Notes under the pieces: generated by a model | Databases searched by the model: none | What the model saw: the letters and a program-made list of their open reading frames with translations, nothing else | What the model was told of the DNA's origin: nothing | Origin: Pecten maximus | Lineage: Eukaryota | Reading direction: 5' to 3' | Assembly (NCBI RefSeq): GCF_902652985.1 | Contig: NC_047026.1 | Location: forward strand, 26,102,001-26,166,000 | DNA length: 64,000 nucleotides | Part shown: positions 15,201 to 30,200 of the stretch, in pieces | How the letters are laid out: each line of letters opens with the position of its first letter | How positions within the stretch are numbered: position 1 is the stretch's first letter | Made by a program: the position numbers and the translations under genes

Positions 15201-18200
15201 AGGTAACATTAAGTACCCACTCCTTTCATTCAGGTACAGGTAACATTAAGTTCCCATTCATGTCATTCAGGTACAGGTAACATTAAGTACCCACTCCTTT
15301 CATTCAGGTACAGGTAACATTAAGTTCCCATTCATGTCATTCAGGTACAGGTAACATTGAGTACCCACTCCTTTCATTCAGGTACAGGTAACATTAAGTT
15401 CCCACTCCTTTCATTCAGGTACAGGTAACATTAAGTATCCACTTCTTTCATTCAGGTACAGGTAACATTAAGTTCCCATTCATTTCATTCAGGTACAGAT
15501 AACATTAAGTACCCACTCCTTTCATTCAGGTACAGGTAACATTAAGTACCCACTCATGTCATTCAGGTACAGGTAACATTAAGTTCCCATTCATGTCATT
15601 CAGGTACAGGTAACATTAAGTACCCACTCCTTTCATTCAGGTACAGGTAAAATTAAGTTCCCATTCATGTCATTCAGGTACAGGTAACATTAAGTACCCA
15701 CTCCTTTCATTCAAGTACAGGTAGTATATACCACTCCCTTTGTCGTTAACGCCAGCACTGCCAATGACGTCTTTGATTTTATTAATAAACGTTTAAATGC
15801 ACTACCGGGGAAAGCTGATTATCACATCACAAACTGTCTACTGGGTGTGACGAAAAGGTCAGGTATAAGTAGGTTGATACCCTTACTTTATCTACCAAAC
15901 CAGACCGGATGTACAGATACCTGTGTGTGGAAATAACGAGCGACACCATTCAAATATTGTGTAATACATGTACATATATTGTTTTGTTTTCTCGCAATAT
16001 TTTGAGTTTGATCATCAGTTTATCGTATCCTGCAGTGGTTCTATTTTCTTTTGAGGGATTAAAATAAAACAACGTAAAATATTTACTGAGCATGTACAAT
16101 TATAGAGCAACCTGTTCATTTTATATTTAACACGCAAATAATTTTAGGAATTTAGACATTTGGTATACCCGCGAAATAATGACCGTCGATAAGATACAAC
16201 ATTTGAATGTTAATATGAGACTTCCTATCTGTGAGATGTTAATTTAGGTTCATTCGATTTTCATGTGCATATATTAGCTTGCTTTTTTTTTTTTATAGTT
16301 TCCGTTATTTGTGTTATTTTCAGCAATTCTTTTTGTCATATAAGTACCAAAGAAACTAATATACGACAATATAATGAGAAAGAATATATATAGTATCCAC
16401 ATATACAAATTTGTTTCTGAACCACGCGCATTAAAGAATTTATTTTCTATTTTAGCGGCAAGAATTATATGTACAGTTTATTTCACAATGCCGTTTTTAC
16501 ATTATTTAAGTTATTATAACTGTCACCGTTTCTATATAATTACACATAAATTATAATCATCCTTTTCAGAAAGAATGGAAACTCATCCAATACAGATACA
16601 AATTCTCGTGTAAAGACGATCTATGTCAAATTATTAGAAAAATATTCAAATTTTCCTCAATATTTTTCATAATCTAATTATCAACTTTATTGAATTTTCT
16701 AAAACGGATTTCAATTATTACTTCCAAAATACATTTTAATACAACCGATTTAAATTTCGGATGTTTTTAATTTTCAGTTGCGAATAAAGTTATTCGCCGT
16801 TAAGACGTTTGAGATATAATAATTGGGTAAAGTTTTCGCAATAATTAAGAATTAGGTAATAGCGATTATTTTTTACAGCTTTTTGTCCCGACAAAGAACA
16901 ATAAAACATGGATAACGATGTTCCGCTTGATCTAAAGACGGAAGTTTCAGTAGACCCATCCCAAAAATGAAAGAATGTAGCTGATTCAAGTAATTTAAAA
17001 TCAATATGCCATACGCTTACCTGGTCGGGGGGACTGGAACCGCTAACCTGCACAGTTGTCGGAGACCTCTGTAATACCTGCATGTCTGGGAAAGCAGTTG
17101 CCTCTAGAGTAGGCTCAGTATCATTGCCCAGTCGAGTTGTACGCATCTCAATGGTGTGACCGGTTCTGATCAAGAAAAAATTCAATAGCTTATTGGAAAG
17201 ATATAATTCTGTCCATCAAATCTGCACACCATGGAAAACGAAATTTAAAAGTGAGTAAAGTTAAGAATGGCAAAAAGATGTACTTCGGCGACATCAAAAG
17301 TACAAGAAAACCAGAAAGTGATTTGATACTCATATCAAATAGATAAACCGTGGTATAGTAAACTTACCTAGTAACATGCAAGTTGTACCACTGCGAGGTC
17401 TCCAAAGTAACGGAGGATTTGATTGTACCGTAAAGTTCCCCATCTGTCCCCGTCACAGAAACGGTAGGTACGCTATCCACGAGTTCTATACCATAGGCTA
17501 CCTATATTATATATTTAAACATAATTTAAATATTTTGAAAATTGATTAAGGCCAAAAGAACACTGCAAATGTTTTAAATCGTCTATCTCTATGATAAATA
17601 ACATATTTGAAGATACAGTCTACATTTAAAACGGCAAAAATGACGTCAATTTTTATATTTACTACAATCAGTGAAATGAGATGATAGGACGGTGATGAAA
17701 TTATAATTGAGAAGTTTGATAGCTTTTATCGGGCTTGCAATTGAAAACCTTACACTATGCCAGTACACTATGCCAGGTAACTATGCCAGGTAACTATGCT
17801 AGTAAACTATGCCAGGTAACTATGCCAGTACACTATGCCAGTTACTTAAGATACCGAGATCCTACGGTTTTGGTTATTTATCTAAATAGAGTAGAATGAT
17901 ATCAAGCGCTTGTCTTTAGGTAACATTGTAAATATAAAGAATACAGACATAATAACGAAACCAAAATTCAAATTCAAAACTTATTAAACAAGGGTAAAAT
18001 ATAACGAAATGCAAATCTACAAGTCTATATAACCTTACCAAAAACAATAGAAGGCTATGATGTAGTGTAATGATATGAAGAACAATATTCGTGACGTATT
18101 GTGTATTTGACCTCACGAAAATTCGTGCTACCGGTGAAAAAAAAACCCGATTGACCAATGTAGCGTACAACAATTTATGTCGTGATGTTGTATAAAGGTA

Positions 18201-21200
18201 AAAAAAAACTTCATGTTGGAATATATTGATTAAAATTGAAATATTAAGATTAAAAATAAATTGTAAATTTGATTTCAATTTCCACTAAAATGTACTTTGA
18301 TGTAAATTAGGATGACATGTTCTAGTTACGTCACAAGAATGGGTCCAAATGACAGCGCGAAATCTCACTTAAGAATTCGATAGCACTGTTACAGATTAAA
18401 TATAAAAAAAAAAAATTTGAAACGGAAATGACAATGTTAAACTTAAGTTATTCTTATTAGTCTCACAGGATTACAGAAAAAAGTCATCATAATACTTAAC
18501 GCGTGTTATTGAGCTTGTCTGCAATCATGTGGGAAGTATAAAAGAAGGCAGATAAATGTAGAATTCATACTCATACGGGGGTATCAATGTAAAGCATATA
18601 GAATTAAATAAAATTATAAAATAACCACTTCGTTTTGACATATCGTTAAAATATTTTGTAAGAAAGTATGATAAATATAGCATTCACATGGGTCATTATT
18701 ATTTTTCTGTATTGAAATAAGATGTTTTGTGCTTTCTAATAGACGAGAATGAAAGCGGTCCCATATCCAAAATGATAAGTGTTCGTTGCGGAATACGGAG
18801 ACTTCCGAAAGAATGTGATTCGAGTCGCTAGGAAATATATATTCAACGATAGGTCTTGATTAAGATTCAGCATATGTAAGTACGTGTACTGATAAATTCA
18901 ATTCAGGAGAACGATTTGCAAGCTCAAAGCATGTTTAAAAATTAATACAACACCAAACCTAACATTGGTTTGATTAGCCTTCACAATAAGCTACTATTTT
19001 AATATTATGTTTTCTGAAATATTCCTAATCGTTTTCGATAAGATAAAGAAAGATACGTGAAGCTGGTTATACGTTGTATTAACAATATCTGAACTATTTT
19101 TCAATTTAACTGGAACGCCATGTCATGTCTAATATCTGACAGGCAGGACTTGACAACTTCCAAATGTCAAACGTTGATGGACGATGGGTCACTAGGTTAG
19201 TGAGGAAATTCTACTCACTTCTCCGTTTCCATGGAAACTGGCTACCGTCATTGCCGACCTCTCCGGTTTAAAGCACACCTCTAGCGACGTCACTGGAGAC
19301 AGGGTTTCACTTGTTGACGACACCTCCGCATTGTATTCCCTTCCGTCCACCATCGCTACCGCCACCTTTATAGATAATTGTCTGTTATATGTAGGTATAA
19401 CGTTATATATTGGTTCCTTTTACTAATTAGGAAATCCTTTGCGATTGCAAACTGATATTTATTTAGTATACGGCAGATGCCAGGAAAAGGGATTAGTCAG
19501 GTCGTTAAACCAAGAAAAGTATATTTCATAAAACTCATATTTGTCGGCATTGAATTAAAGTCATATTTCAAATTACATCAGCATTATTTCTATCAACATC
19601 AAAATTGAATGAAAAATTGAAAAATTAAATAGCGTACCGACAATGTTTACCTCTCTTTAACAAAGAAACTATTATTTTAATTCATACATCAAAAGTTATT
19701 TCTCCTTTGTTTAGAGAGTAGAACGCAAAAACGGTCGACAACGTTTGTTTGTTATTCGGATTCATCGCCCTGTGGACAGCAATGGGTATGTTTCGGCAGA
19801 TGAGATAAGCTGGTGACTACCTCAGTGTGAAGCATCCGGAGGCTTGCCATCCAGAGCAATCAGGGTTAAACGTCTTTCCCAAGGATACGGCCATGCCAAA
19901 ATGGGTTTGTTCTTGGTCACTACTTTTTGAGAAACACAAACCGCCCTGGACAGGGGTCTGAGGACAAACTTAGGATCCTACACTTCAGGATGAGTTGTGT
20001 AGTGTGGTAATTGGTTAACAATCGCAATCCCTCTATAGTATAGTTTTTACGATTTATCAATGTGGATGAGAAGACCTTTAATTGAGATGTCCAGCGGTAC
20101 ATATACGATTGACATGTTGAATTAAGCGTCATCACACCAGATCAAAATCAACCACAGCGTCAATATAGGGATATACTATTTTATAGCGTCATCATGCAGT
20201 GACAAAATGAATCACAGGCTCATTACACATGCTCAATATCAACCACACCGTTAATCCTCAAAGACAGAATATATATCAGCGTCACACAAAAGGGAAGAAT
20301 TTATCACAACGTCAACACAAAAGGGAAGAATTTATCACAACGTCAACACAAAAGGGAAGAATTTATCACAACGTCAACACAAAAGGGAAGAATTTATCAC
20401 AACGTCAACACAAAAGGGAAGAATTTATCACAATTTCAACACATAAGGACCGAATTTATCACAGCGTCAACATAAAAGGACAGACTATACCACAGCATCA
20501 ACACACAAGGCCAGAATATACCACAGCGTCAACACACAAGGACATAATATACCACAGCGTCAACACACAAGGACATGATATACCACAGCGTCAACACACA
20601 AGGACAGAATTATCAGTGTCGACAAACAAGGATAGAATATACCACAGCGTCAACACACAAGGACAGAATTATCAGTGTCGACAAACAAGGATAGAATATA
20701 CATGTATCACAGCGTCAACATACAAGCACAGAATATACCACAGCGTCAACATACAGAGATGTAATATACCACTTTACAACACGAACAAGACAGATTATAC
20801 CACAGCGTCAACACACAAGCACAGAATATACCACAGCGTCAACAGACAAGGATATAATATACCACTTCACAACACGAACAAGACAGATTATACCACAGCG
20901 TCAACATACAAGCACAGAATATACCACAGCGTCAACAGACAAGCACAGAATATACCACAGCGTCAACACACAAGGACAGAATATACCACAGCGTCAACAC
21001 ACAAGGACATAATATACCACAGCGTCAACACACAAGGATATAATATACCACAGCGTCAACACACAAGGATATAATATACCACTTCACAACACCAACAAGA
21101 CAGAATAAACCACAGCGTCAACACACAAGGACATAATATACCACAGCGTCAACACACAAGGACAGAATATACCGCAGCGTCAACACACAAGAATATAATA

Positions 21201-24200
21201 TACCACTTCACAACACCAACAAGACAGAATATACCACAGCGTCAACAAACAAGGACAGAATTATCAGTGTCGACAAACAAGGACAGAATATACCACTTGA
21301 CAACACGAACAAGACAGAATATACCACAGCGTCAACACACAAGGACAGAATATACCACTTGACAACACCAACAAGACAGAATAAACCACAGCGTCAACAA
21401 ACAAGGACAGAATATACCACAGCGTCAACACACAAGGACAGAATATACCACAGCGTCAACACACAAGGATCTAATATACCACTTCACAACACCAACAAGA
21501 CAGAATATACCACAGCGTCAACACACAAGGACAGAATTATCAGTGTCGACAAACAAGGATAGAATATACCACTTCACAACACGAACAAGACAGAATATAC
21601 CACAGCGTCAACACACAAGGACAGAATATACCACTTGACAACACCAACAAGACAGAATATACCACAGCGTCAACACACAAGGACAGAATTATCAGTGTCG
21701 ACATACAAGGATAGAATATACCACTTCACAACACGAACAAGACAGAATAAACCACAGCGTCAACACACAAGGACAGAATATACCACTTGACAACACCAAC
21801 AAGACAGAATAAACCACAGCGTCAACACACAAGGGCAGAATATACCACAGCGTCAACACACAAGGACATAATTTATCACCGCGTCATTACGAGTTTATTC
21901 CATAGCACATAATGAAGTTATGTGGCCCATGTGACAGGAATTGTTGCATACCTCATGGAGAAATGTGTAGCTAATATAAATGACACAGAGCATGAGTGTG
22001 AGGTTAATACATACGGGTAGTGCCGACGTGATAGCACGAGCCCTATCGATCTTTTCCCGGAGTTCAGCTATGTTGTTACGTAGTTTTGTTGCCTCTCTTT
22101 GTACGGTCAAGCAGGGTTGGACATCTGGACTTTCAGTTATCTCCTTGATTTGATGCATATTAGATCGGACAGTTTCGACTGAAAATTGCGAAATGATACA
22201 TTTATCTTAACATACAAACATTTGGAGGACTTCTTGGATGTAAGTTTTACTATCTTCTGAAAAAAATACCGTACAGGGAATCGTAATTATATCCCATCTC
22301 TTTCATCAAATCACAATACATTTGATGATGTTGAAAGTTTTTCCCACTATTGACATGGCCATGTATTATTCAAGATGTTAGGAACGCTGCTAGTTTGTTG
22401 TGATTTTTTTCTTTTCCAAGAAATGAAATGTCGTAACAATCACGTGTTTGTGAACTATAACGAACGTAGTTTGTTAAACGTGCGGCTGAGGCCAAGATAA
22501 AATACACTGCGGTTGAAGTTGTGATAATTATTCAATAAATTGTTGACAGTATCTGTGTTGAATTTTATAATTTCCGAACAAACTATTGGCATACTCCTAG
22601 GCGCTACCTCTTACGGAAACATTGGTATCATTTGCTTTCTTCTTATTATGTAAATAGTGTTGGTATTTGTCCTCGGTTTAATTCGAGTAAATTCAGCACT
22701 TGAATGTGAACATACCGTATAATTAAATGATTTCGGCCAATTTTTGATATGGGTGTATTTAATACATTTAAGAGTATTTAAAAAATATTCCTGGTAACGA
22801 CAAATCTCGCGCATCAAACAATGATATTCATCAACGCTCCTGATGAAAGCAATCTATTTCCATAATTTCAATTTAAATTCAATGATTTCTTATTTGATTC
22901 TGACTGTCAGCCGATCATCAATGGAAATTTAGAAAAATAAGCAAGTGAGAAAGAAATAACACAATCTGATCAACATATCTAATATCAACAACCTTTAGCA
23001 AGAAGATCCGTCATCATCTTCACATGTTGACGTGACGGTTGTTGTCCATTTTGGTCTATCTGTGCTTTCTGTAGTTCAGCCTCAGCTATCATCTTTGCCT
23101 GTTCGAGCCTATTGCGGATTGTTATATCATGTTTGTTGATCTTGGAGCTTAGTTTTGCTATCCTGGTGTGCGTGGATTCAATTTCTGGCCTGGTGCCCAT
23201 CCACATGGAATTTATTTCAGAAGCATTGTTCACGAAATCTCTTATGATAGCTACGTTTCCGTTTACCGTTCCCCACCTCTCAACAATCACTAGAATCAAA
23301 GCAAATCTCATCATTATTGGTAAATATGGTATTCAGCAAAATATAGATATATACTTTAAGTAAGAAAGATTCATAACATATTAACAAACTATACATGATC
23401 TGACTTATAAGTGCTTCATAAATACACAATTCTTTAACAAAAATCATCGTGTAATTTTGTGTGAAATAAACGTGCACCATCACCAGACAGAAGGAGCATT
23501 ACCAGAACAATTAAAAGGGACAAAGTTATCAGAACAATCTAAATATTAAAAAAAAAATTAAATTTAAAATACAATTGAAAATGTATAAAACCAACTGTGT
23601 CGTGATTTCTTGATGATTATAATTTTAGAGAATTTATAACATCATGATAAATATCTTGTTTTATTTACCATCGTGCCTGCGGTTGATTGGAATCGACCTT
23701 GATATCAGCTCATCAGATTTCTCTCGTTCATTTTCTGCTCTCTTCTGTAATTTGTCACCTTCAAAATAATCGTATTTTCTGTATTAATCATGTCTGTTCT
23801 CCATTTTAACACACAGCTTTAAGATTATATGGCCTACATAATAAATGTATTGGTGTGTTAGAATATCTAATCAAATTGAAATAAAGACATTTTGACAAGT
23901 CACTGGTAGAACAAAATTACCAAATCGTTATAATATTTCTCTTATTTAACCAATGTTCGCGAGCTTTTCGTTTTAAATTAGGAGATGTAATAATTCCTGT
24001 AAAAATAACAATCGTAAATGTATGAAAGCATTATCTGAATCTTGAATGTTGCACCGCCAAATCTACAGGCCATGTTCGTAAAAAAGATCTAGCATACTAT
24101 GCGATACAACAATTTACGGAATCTGAGGTAATTTTAATGTCTAAAAAATTCCTGTTAGAATTTATTATATCGTCACATCGAATAGTTGAGGTGTTGGAAC

Positions 24201-27200
24201 GTAAACTACATCATAAAAGGTTGTCATTGTTCTATTTTTCCTTAGTTTGGAATAAAGGATAAAATTACATTGTCCGTTTCAAATTGCAACATGATTTCTT
24301 TAAACTTTCCGAAAACTCATTAATGCTTGGTCAATACGAAACATACGTGTACTTTTAAACAAGTTATCTGTTTGGATGTAAATGATGCACTTACGGAATG
24401 AATTATGATAAGCCCCTGCGTTTGGGTCATCACCAAAGGGCCAAACCCAACCTCCAGTATCTTCATTGTCCTTTTCGCTTTCTTCAATAACGAAGTCAGA
24501 TTCTTCGTTACCGCTCCCAATTTCTATTGCTGTGTCTATTTTAGTCGTAGATACCGACTCAGTAGTGGTAGGAGGTGGGACTGTGGTGGGTTCACTCGCC
24601 AGAGTTGTAGGGGTGTTTGTAGTTGTGGTAACAGGCGAGGTTCTGGTAGTGAAAGATTCTGTACTGTGAAGAACTGTTGTGGTAGGTTTGTCTGAGACAA
24701 CAGACAATATATCATCCCCACTAAAAACAATATCATCGTCGTCCGACGTTGTTTCGAAATCATATATTGATGGGGTCATTGGTATATTTTTCGATGTTGT
24801 GGAAGGAGATGGAGACGCGGTTGTCGGGGCAGGTGTTGTTGTTTTTGGGCGGGGTGTCGACGGGACTGTTGTTGATGGCCGCTGAGTTGTCGGGATTGGT
24901 GTTGTTTTTGGGCGGGGTGTCGACGGGACTGTTGTTGATGGCCGCTGAGTTGTCGGGATTGGTGTTGTTTTTGGGCGGGGTGTCGACGGGACTTTTGTTG
25001 ATGGACGCTGAGTCGTCGTGATTGCTGTTGTTGTTTTTGGGCGGGGTGTTGACGGGACTGTTGTGGATGGACGCTGAGTTTTAGGCACAGGTGTCGTTGT
25101 TGTAGGCCTTTGCGTCGACGGGACATGTGTCGTTGTTGTAGGCCTTTGCGTCGACGGCACAGGTGTCGTGGTTGTAGGACTTGGCGTCGACGGAACTGGT
25201 GTCGTGGTTGTTTTAGGGTTTGGTGTCGACGGGGTCGGCGTCGTTGATTTGGGCCGGTCTGTCGATTGAACAGCCGTCGTCGCTTTTGGGCGGCGGGGTG
25301 TTGGTTTGGCAGGCGTTGTTGTTTTGGGGCGTGGGGTTGACGGCACTGTTTTCAGTGAAGGTGACTTCGTTGATGGAGGTAAAGATGTTGAGGGACGTTG
25401 TGTCGAGGGACTTGTCGATACTTTTAATGTTGTAGACTTTGTAATAGGTGTGGAGGTGGTAGAAAGACGTGGTCTAGGGGTGGTCATGCTTGCAGTCATT
25501 AGCTCCTCTCCACCACTTCCTAATATGACGATATATTGTTCACAATCGATTACCATATCTTCATCATCGCCCCCTCCCGATCCCGTGACCAAGTCTTCAC
25601 ATCGCTCACGAAGTATAGCTTCATCCGCCAGCAATATACGTAATTCGTCCATTCTTCTGTCGAGTTTCTGACAAAATCAAATGAATCAGTCAGAGATACG
25701 CATAATTGTAGAGTAATATATTGGAAAAAAAATTAAAAGTTATAGATTTCCACCGAAAAACTCTCACTAAATGAAATAATACGAGACTAATCTATATTAA
25801 CAAATCTTAGATCCGAGGTCAGATGTCATATTCAGACAAACTCCAAATGAATCGACTTTTACTATACCCAGTACGTCACCAATGTATGACATATAATTTT
25901 TTGCACTATCTGGGTAATGTGGCTATGTGCTATTCACCATTGATCTTGAAAAAGGCAGAAATGGATCGTTTAAATTGTTTAAAAGAATTTCATTTTCGAA
26001 CTAGTTACAGAACAAACGTTTAATGTAGGTAAAAGAACATTAAACTCCTACCCATACAAAGGGAGGTTACCTAGTATTTACAGGACCTACCACTACAATA
26101 TCAGCCAGTCTCCCAACAATAGCCAACAACTGCAAACGCACGTTATTTCCAGTTTTGCTCCTCTTAGCTATAAACTCCTTTGCCTTTTTCATTACGGGAA
26201 TTATCGTTCTGGAAAGGAATAACATCCAGTCTTTATGTTAAACCATAAATTTGTAGACTCAAATTTACAAGGATCAAACTCATCAACGTCTTCATAAATT
26301 CAATGTGATTATGGAGAAAAAAAGATTCATGCTACATGTATGATGATTTGTGTAAAATTAACTAAGCATTTTAACAAAATGAAAAGATAAAGAAAAATGC
26401 TGTCTTTTCATCGTTATATCAAATAACGTAAAAATTGACTTACAGCACTTTGCGGTTTTTTTTACGTGATCTATTATTTTTATATACCTTGCCATTGACT
26501 CCACCGTGCGCCCTAACTGTCGGGATTTCTGATAGCTGTCTGTGGCTAGTTGTTCGATTTCATCTATGTTAGTAATGGGCGCCATTGTTTGGAACACGGT
26601 TTGGTCATTCGGTGGCCGTCTTTCAATATAGGCATTTCTTAATGCTATATTTCTCTGAAAGAAATTAACAGAAATTATTTGCACCAGTAATATATTAATT
26701 TGTAAATTTTACCCATTAAACTCATAATATATATAATCATATACCTTACTTTGCAGTCATATTGTGACGTTTCAAGTTAAATCTGTGTTTGCTCAGATTA
26801 TTATGGCTTAATTATCATGCTTTGTTATCGATTAAGCATGAAGGGATGCTACAAAATGTAATGATTTTCTAAAATAAAAACCTCAATAAACGAACACCGG
26901 ATATCATTATTTTAATTATAGGTAGATAATCATCTACTGCAGCACATTCAATGTCATCAACACCAGAAAACTGTATCGTTAATTTTCTATTAAGGTAAGA
27001 ACTTCTACGATAATGTTTTTAAACGAGAACGTAGATATCAAATCAATACACTTACATTGTATGCTTATCTTTGGTATGTAATGATAAGTATAATTTGCTA
27101 CAAACAGGGAACTAATATATAACTCTACTGACAGAAATACAATCAAGCAAGAGAGGAAGAGAAAAGATAAAGGCCGACAGGGGAATAGTTGTAGGGGGAG

Positions 27201-30200
27201 ATACTGATGAAAAATATAGAATAATAAGGAGAGAAATCAACCACATACAAATATAACTGTGGCCTGGATTGCTTACTAATATCCCGCCGCCCAATCATAC
27301 CTGATTCAAACTCTGGCCATAATTGCCCACTCCCGAATCTACCTCGATCCCCATTCTGTCACATTGTTTTAATACATACAAAATGGGAGGGCAAATCTAA
27401 CATACGTTTCGAAAAGGTCGAATAAAAACTTTTGGAAGAGTTGACAGGTCAAGATTCAAGCGCAGGAATAGCGACATAACTACCATTAAAACATAAGCCC
27501 AGGTGTACAACGTCAGTGTAGGATGTCTATAACAATGTTTCGGGTATACACCTATAGAACAAGATGGGAGGTAAAAGGGGGAACGTGAGTGAAGGATATC
27601 TGGTCCTGGTCTTATCAACCATTACCTCAGGGAATTCCTTAAGGAACCTTCCTTCAAATCCGCAATGTTTCCATATGGAAAATCTTATGTTAAGGTTCCT
27701 TAGGCTAAGGGATTCCTCTGAAATTGTGCGGACACCACACTTGCATTAAACTGTCATATACTAACATATATATTCAATTTCATTCTGTATAGGACTGAGA
27801 TAATGCTATATTAGTATGAAAAAGGAGCAGTTCACCAATATTTGTCTTTTCGAGAAGACTTCATACCTGTACGTCCCTTTGGACGGCTCTGATTTCCTTG
27901 TTAGCTGTGTAGGAGTAGTTTCGGGCATCCATGTACCGGTCTGTAAGACTGTTCAGGTATCGCTGTATGACAGAATACGCCATGATTATTTAATAAATTG
28001 ATTAATGATCAATTTAAAGGTAAACCTTGACAAGTATCAAAATGTATGTTACATACGATGGATTTATCTAATGGATATGTCCCCCTTGAGAAGTCATCTT
28101 TGTTGATGGCGAATCATATGGAACATAACAACAACATTGCTTATTTTCATGGTAGGTGAAAATATCAAGACCATAAGCTCGGCTTACAGAAACGCTTGGT
28201 AAAAGTAACCGTATTAAGTTAAAATTTCACCTGGTACGTATGTATACGCTGTCGGACGTCTCCCCGGATTTGTCCGTACAGTCTGGTTTCAATCCTACGA
28301 CGGTAACGAGCAATATCTACAAAGAGAGCCCTGGCATCCCTGTTTTTAAAACTCTTGAAGATTGCGTCATACTGACGCTCCTGATCCATACAGCGACTGA
28401 AACAAACAATAAAATATATTCTTTAGAAGTTAAATATAACATATACGAAATGCACCAAATACACTATGGTGAAGCTAAACCCATGTGCATAGTCTTTGGT
28501 ACCTGATTTTAAATCTCAAGCAAAGACATAAAGGTATACGTGTACCGAATGCGTGGTGGCTACGGACATAAAATTAGAGTGATCGGAAAATAAAGAATAT
28601 CAACAAATAACAAAACCGTAAATCGGAGTCAAAATATATTAGACGACAACAATATCAGAACAGATATATGTATGGCGACCCTTCAAAGTGAACAAGGAGA
28701 TTAAAACCAGGTTCTCCAGAGAATAAGCGTCTTCTGCTTCATCGACGACACGCGCTATACAAATCTAGATCAAATCTTGGTTAAGCCACAATCTCGATTG
28801 AGAGTTAAGTCATAATAACAATCATGAAACACGGCTGAGTTCAAATCGCACAAGAAATATAATAATATTTCCAAATGAGATCATTATATCAACTATAAAA
28901 CACTCTAATGGTCTTCATCAACCTTCATCAACCTTCATCAACCTATCAACCTTCATCAACCTATCAACCTTCATCAACCTTCACCAACCTATCAACCTTA
29001 ATCAACCTTCATCAACCTATCAACCTTCATCAACCTTCATCAACCTATCAACCTTCATCAACCTTCACCAACCTATCAACCTTCATCAACCTTCATCAAC
29101 CTATCAACCTTCATCAACCTATCAACCTTCATCAACCTTCATCAACCTATCAACCTTCATCAACCTTCACCAACCTTCATCTCTCGAAACCTTGGTCAGG
29201 TTATTAAGCTGTATTAGAATTTAAAAGACATATCAATGCCATCAGTCTGTAAATTGTATTTGTAACTATGTATGCAGTGGCTTCAATGAAATGTCACGCT
29301 GTATCTTAGATTCAGTAGTTTGGCTAAGGATTTAGTGTTCTGTAGACAGAGAAAACCTCAATGGAGACTACATTTATTTTTTATTGCCAAGATTCCACAG
29401 AAACAGATCGTAAGGGCCAATAAATAGTGGGTAAAGTGAGTAAAAACGATACATAACAAACACAAAGGTAGAATTAATATGCCGACGTCGAACAATAGCA
29501 CACAAATACATGACATCGCAACATGCTTACACATAAATAGAGATATGTGACAATGATTAGAACAATCTGGTTGAATAGGCCAACAACTTCCAAATAATGT
29601 AAAATTGTGTTTATGCTGAGAGTTTCTAACAGAGATCCGAGATTTGTTATGTTTTGTGGAAAAAAAAATAGCTCATGTTTGCTGGAGGTCAATGTGTTTT
29701 ATCGTGACTGGTTCCTTGTATGGTACATGTATGTACTGAAACTGAACTTCCGACTTCAGTTGAAAAGTGTATATAGTTGTAAATCAAAAGCAACTATCAT
29801 GTGACATCTAATAACGGGTAAACAGAAATAAGTGAAAGTGACAGGATCCTGGTTCATAACAGTTCACAAAAGATCTAGTCTGCCATTAGATTCCAAATGG
29901 CCGTCATTAACCTATTGCTGTCGTGAAACATGGACTCTTTGACATGATACTGTGTGGAAAACCGTAATCCTACGTCCAAAACCGATAAAACGAGGGTTCT
30001 ATGTGAACAAAATAAATACTAGTAGATTAAGGACGACACCAACCATGTACATCTAGGTCAAATTCAGTTAACACATGGTCTCATAATGAGAACAGGAATG
30101 GTGACGATGGAACCACCTGGTATTTCAACCAGTATCGAACACGTCATAGATGATTCAAGGACATAGAAGTCTTCCAAATTATGTGGACCATAAAAATCTC

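Noticed and set aside
20229-21562. 281-aa and 67-aa ORFs
   Set aside because: Translations of the 31-bp minisatellite, antisense within an intron.
24320-25671. Multiple + strand and alternative-frame ORFs over the mucin exon
   Set aside because: Shadow ORFs of the low-complexity Thr/Pro coding sequence.
26444-26487. Stronger-looking donor (gtaagt at 26443) extending exon 8
   Set aside because: Phase 1 is incompatible with exon 9, which needs phase 2; the donor at 26487 keeps the frame.
28258-28266. RGD tripeptide (QIRGDVRQ) in gene A
   Set aside because: Lies in a predicted helical coiled-coil segment, and one RGD in ~1700 aa is not surprising by chance.
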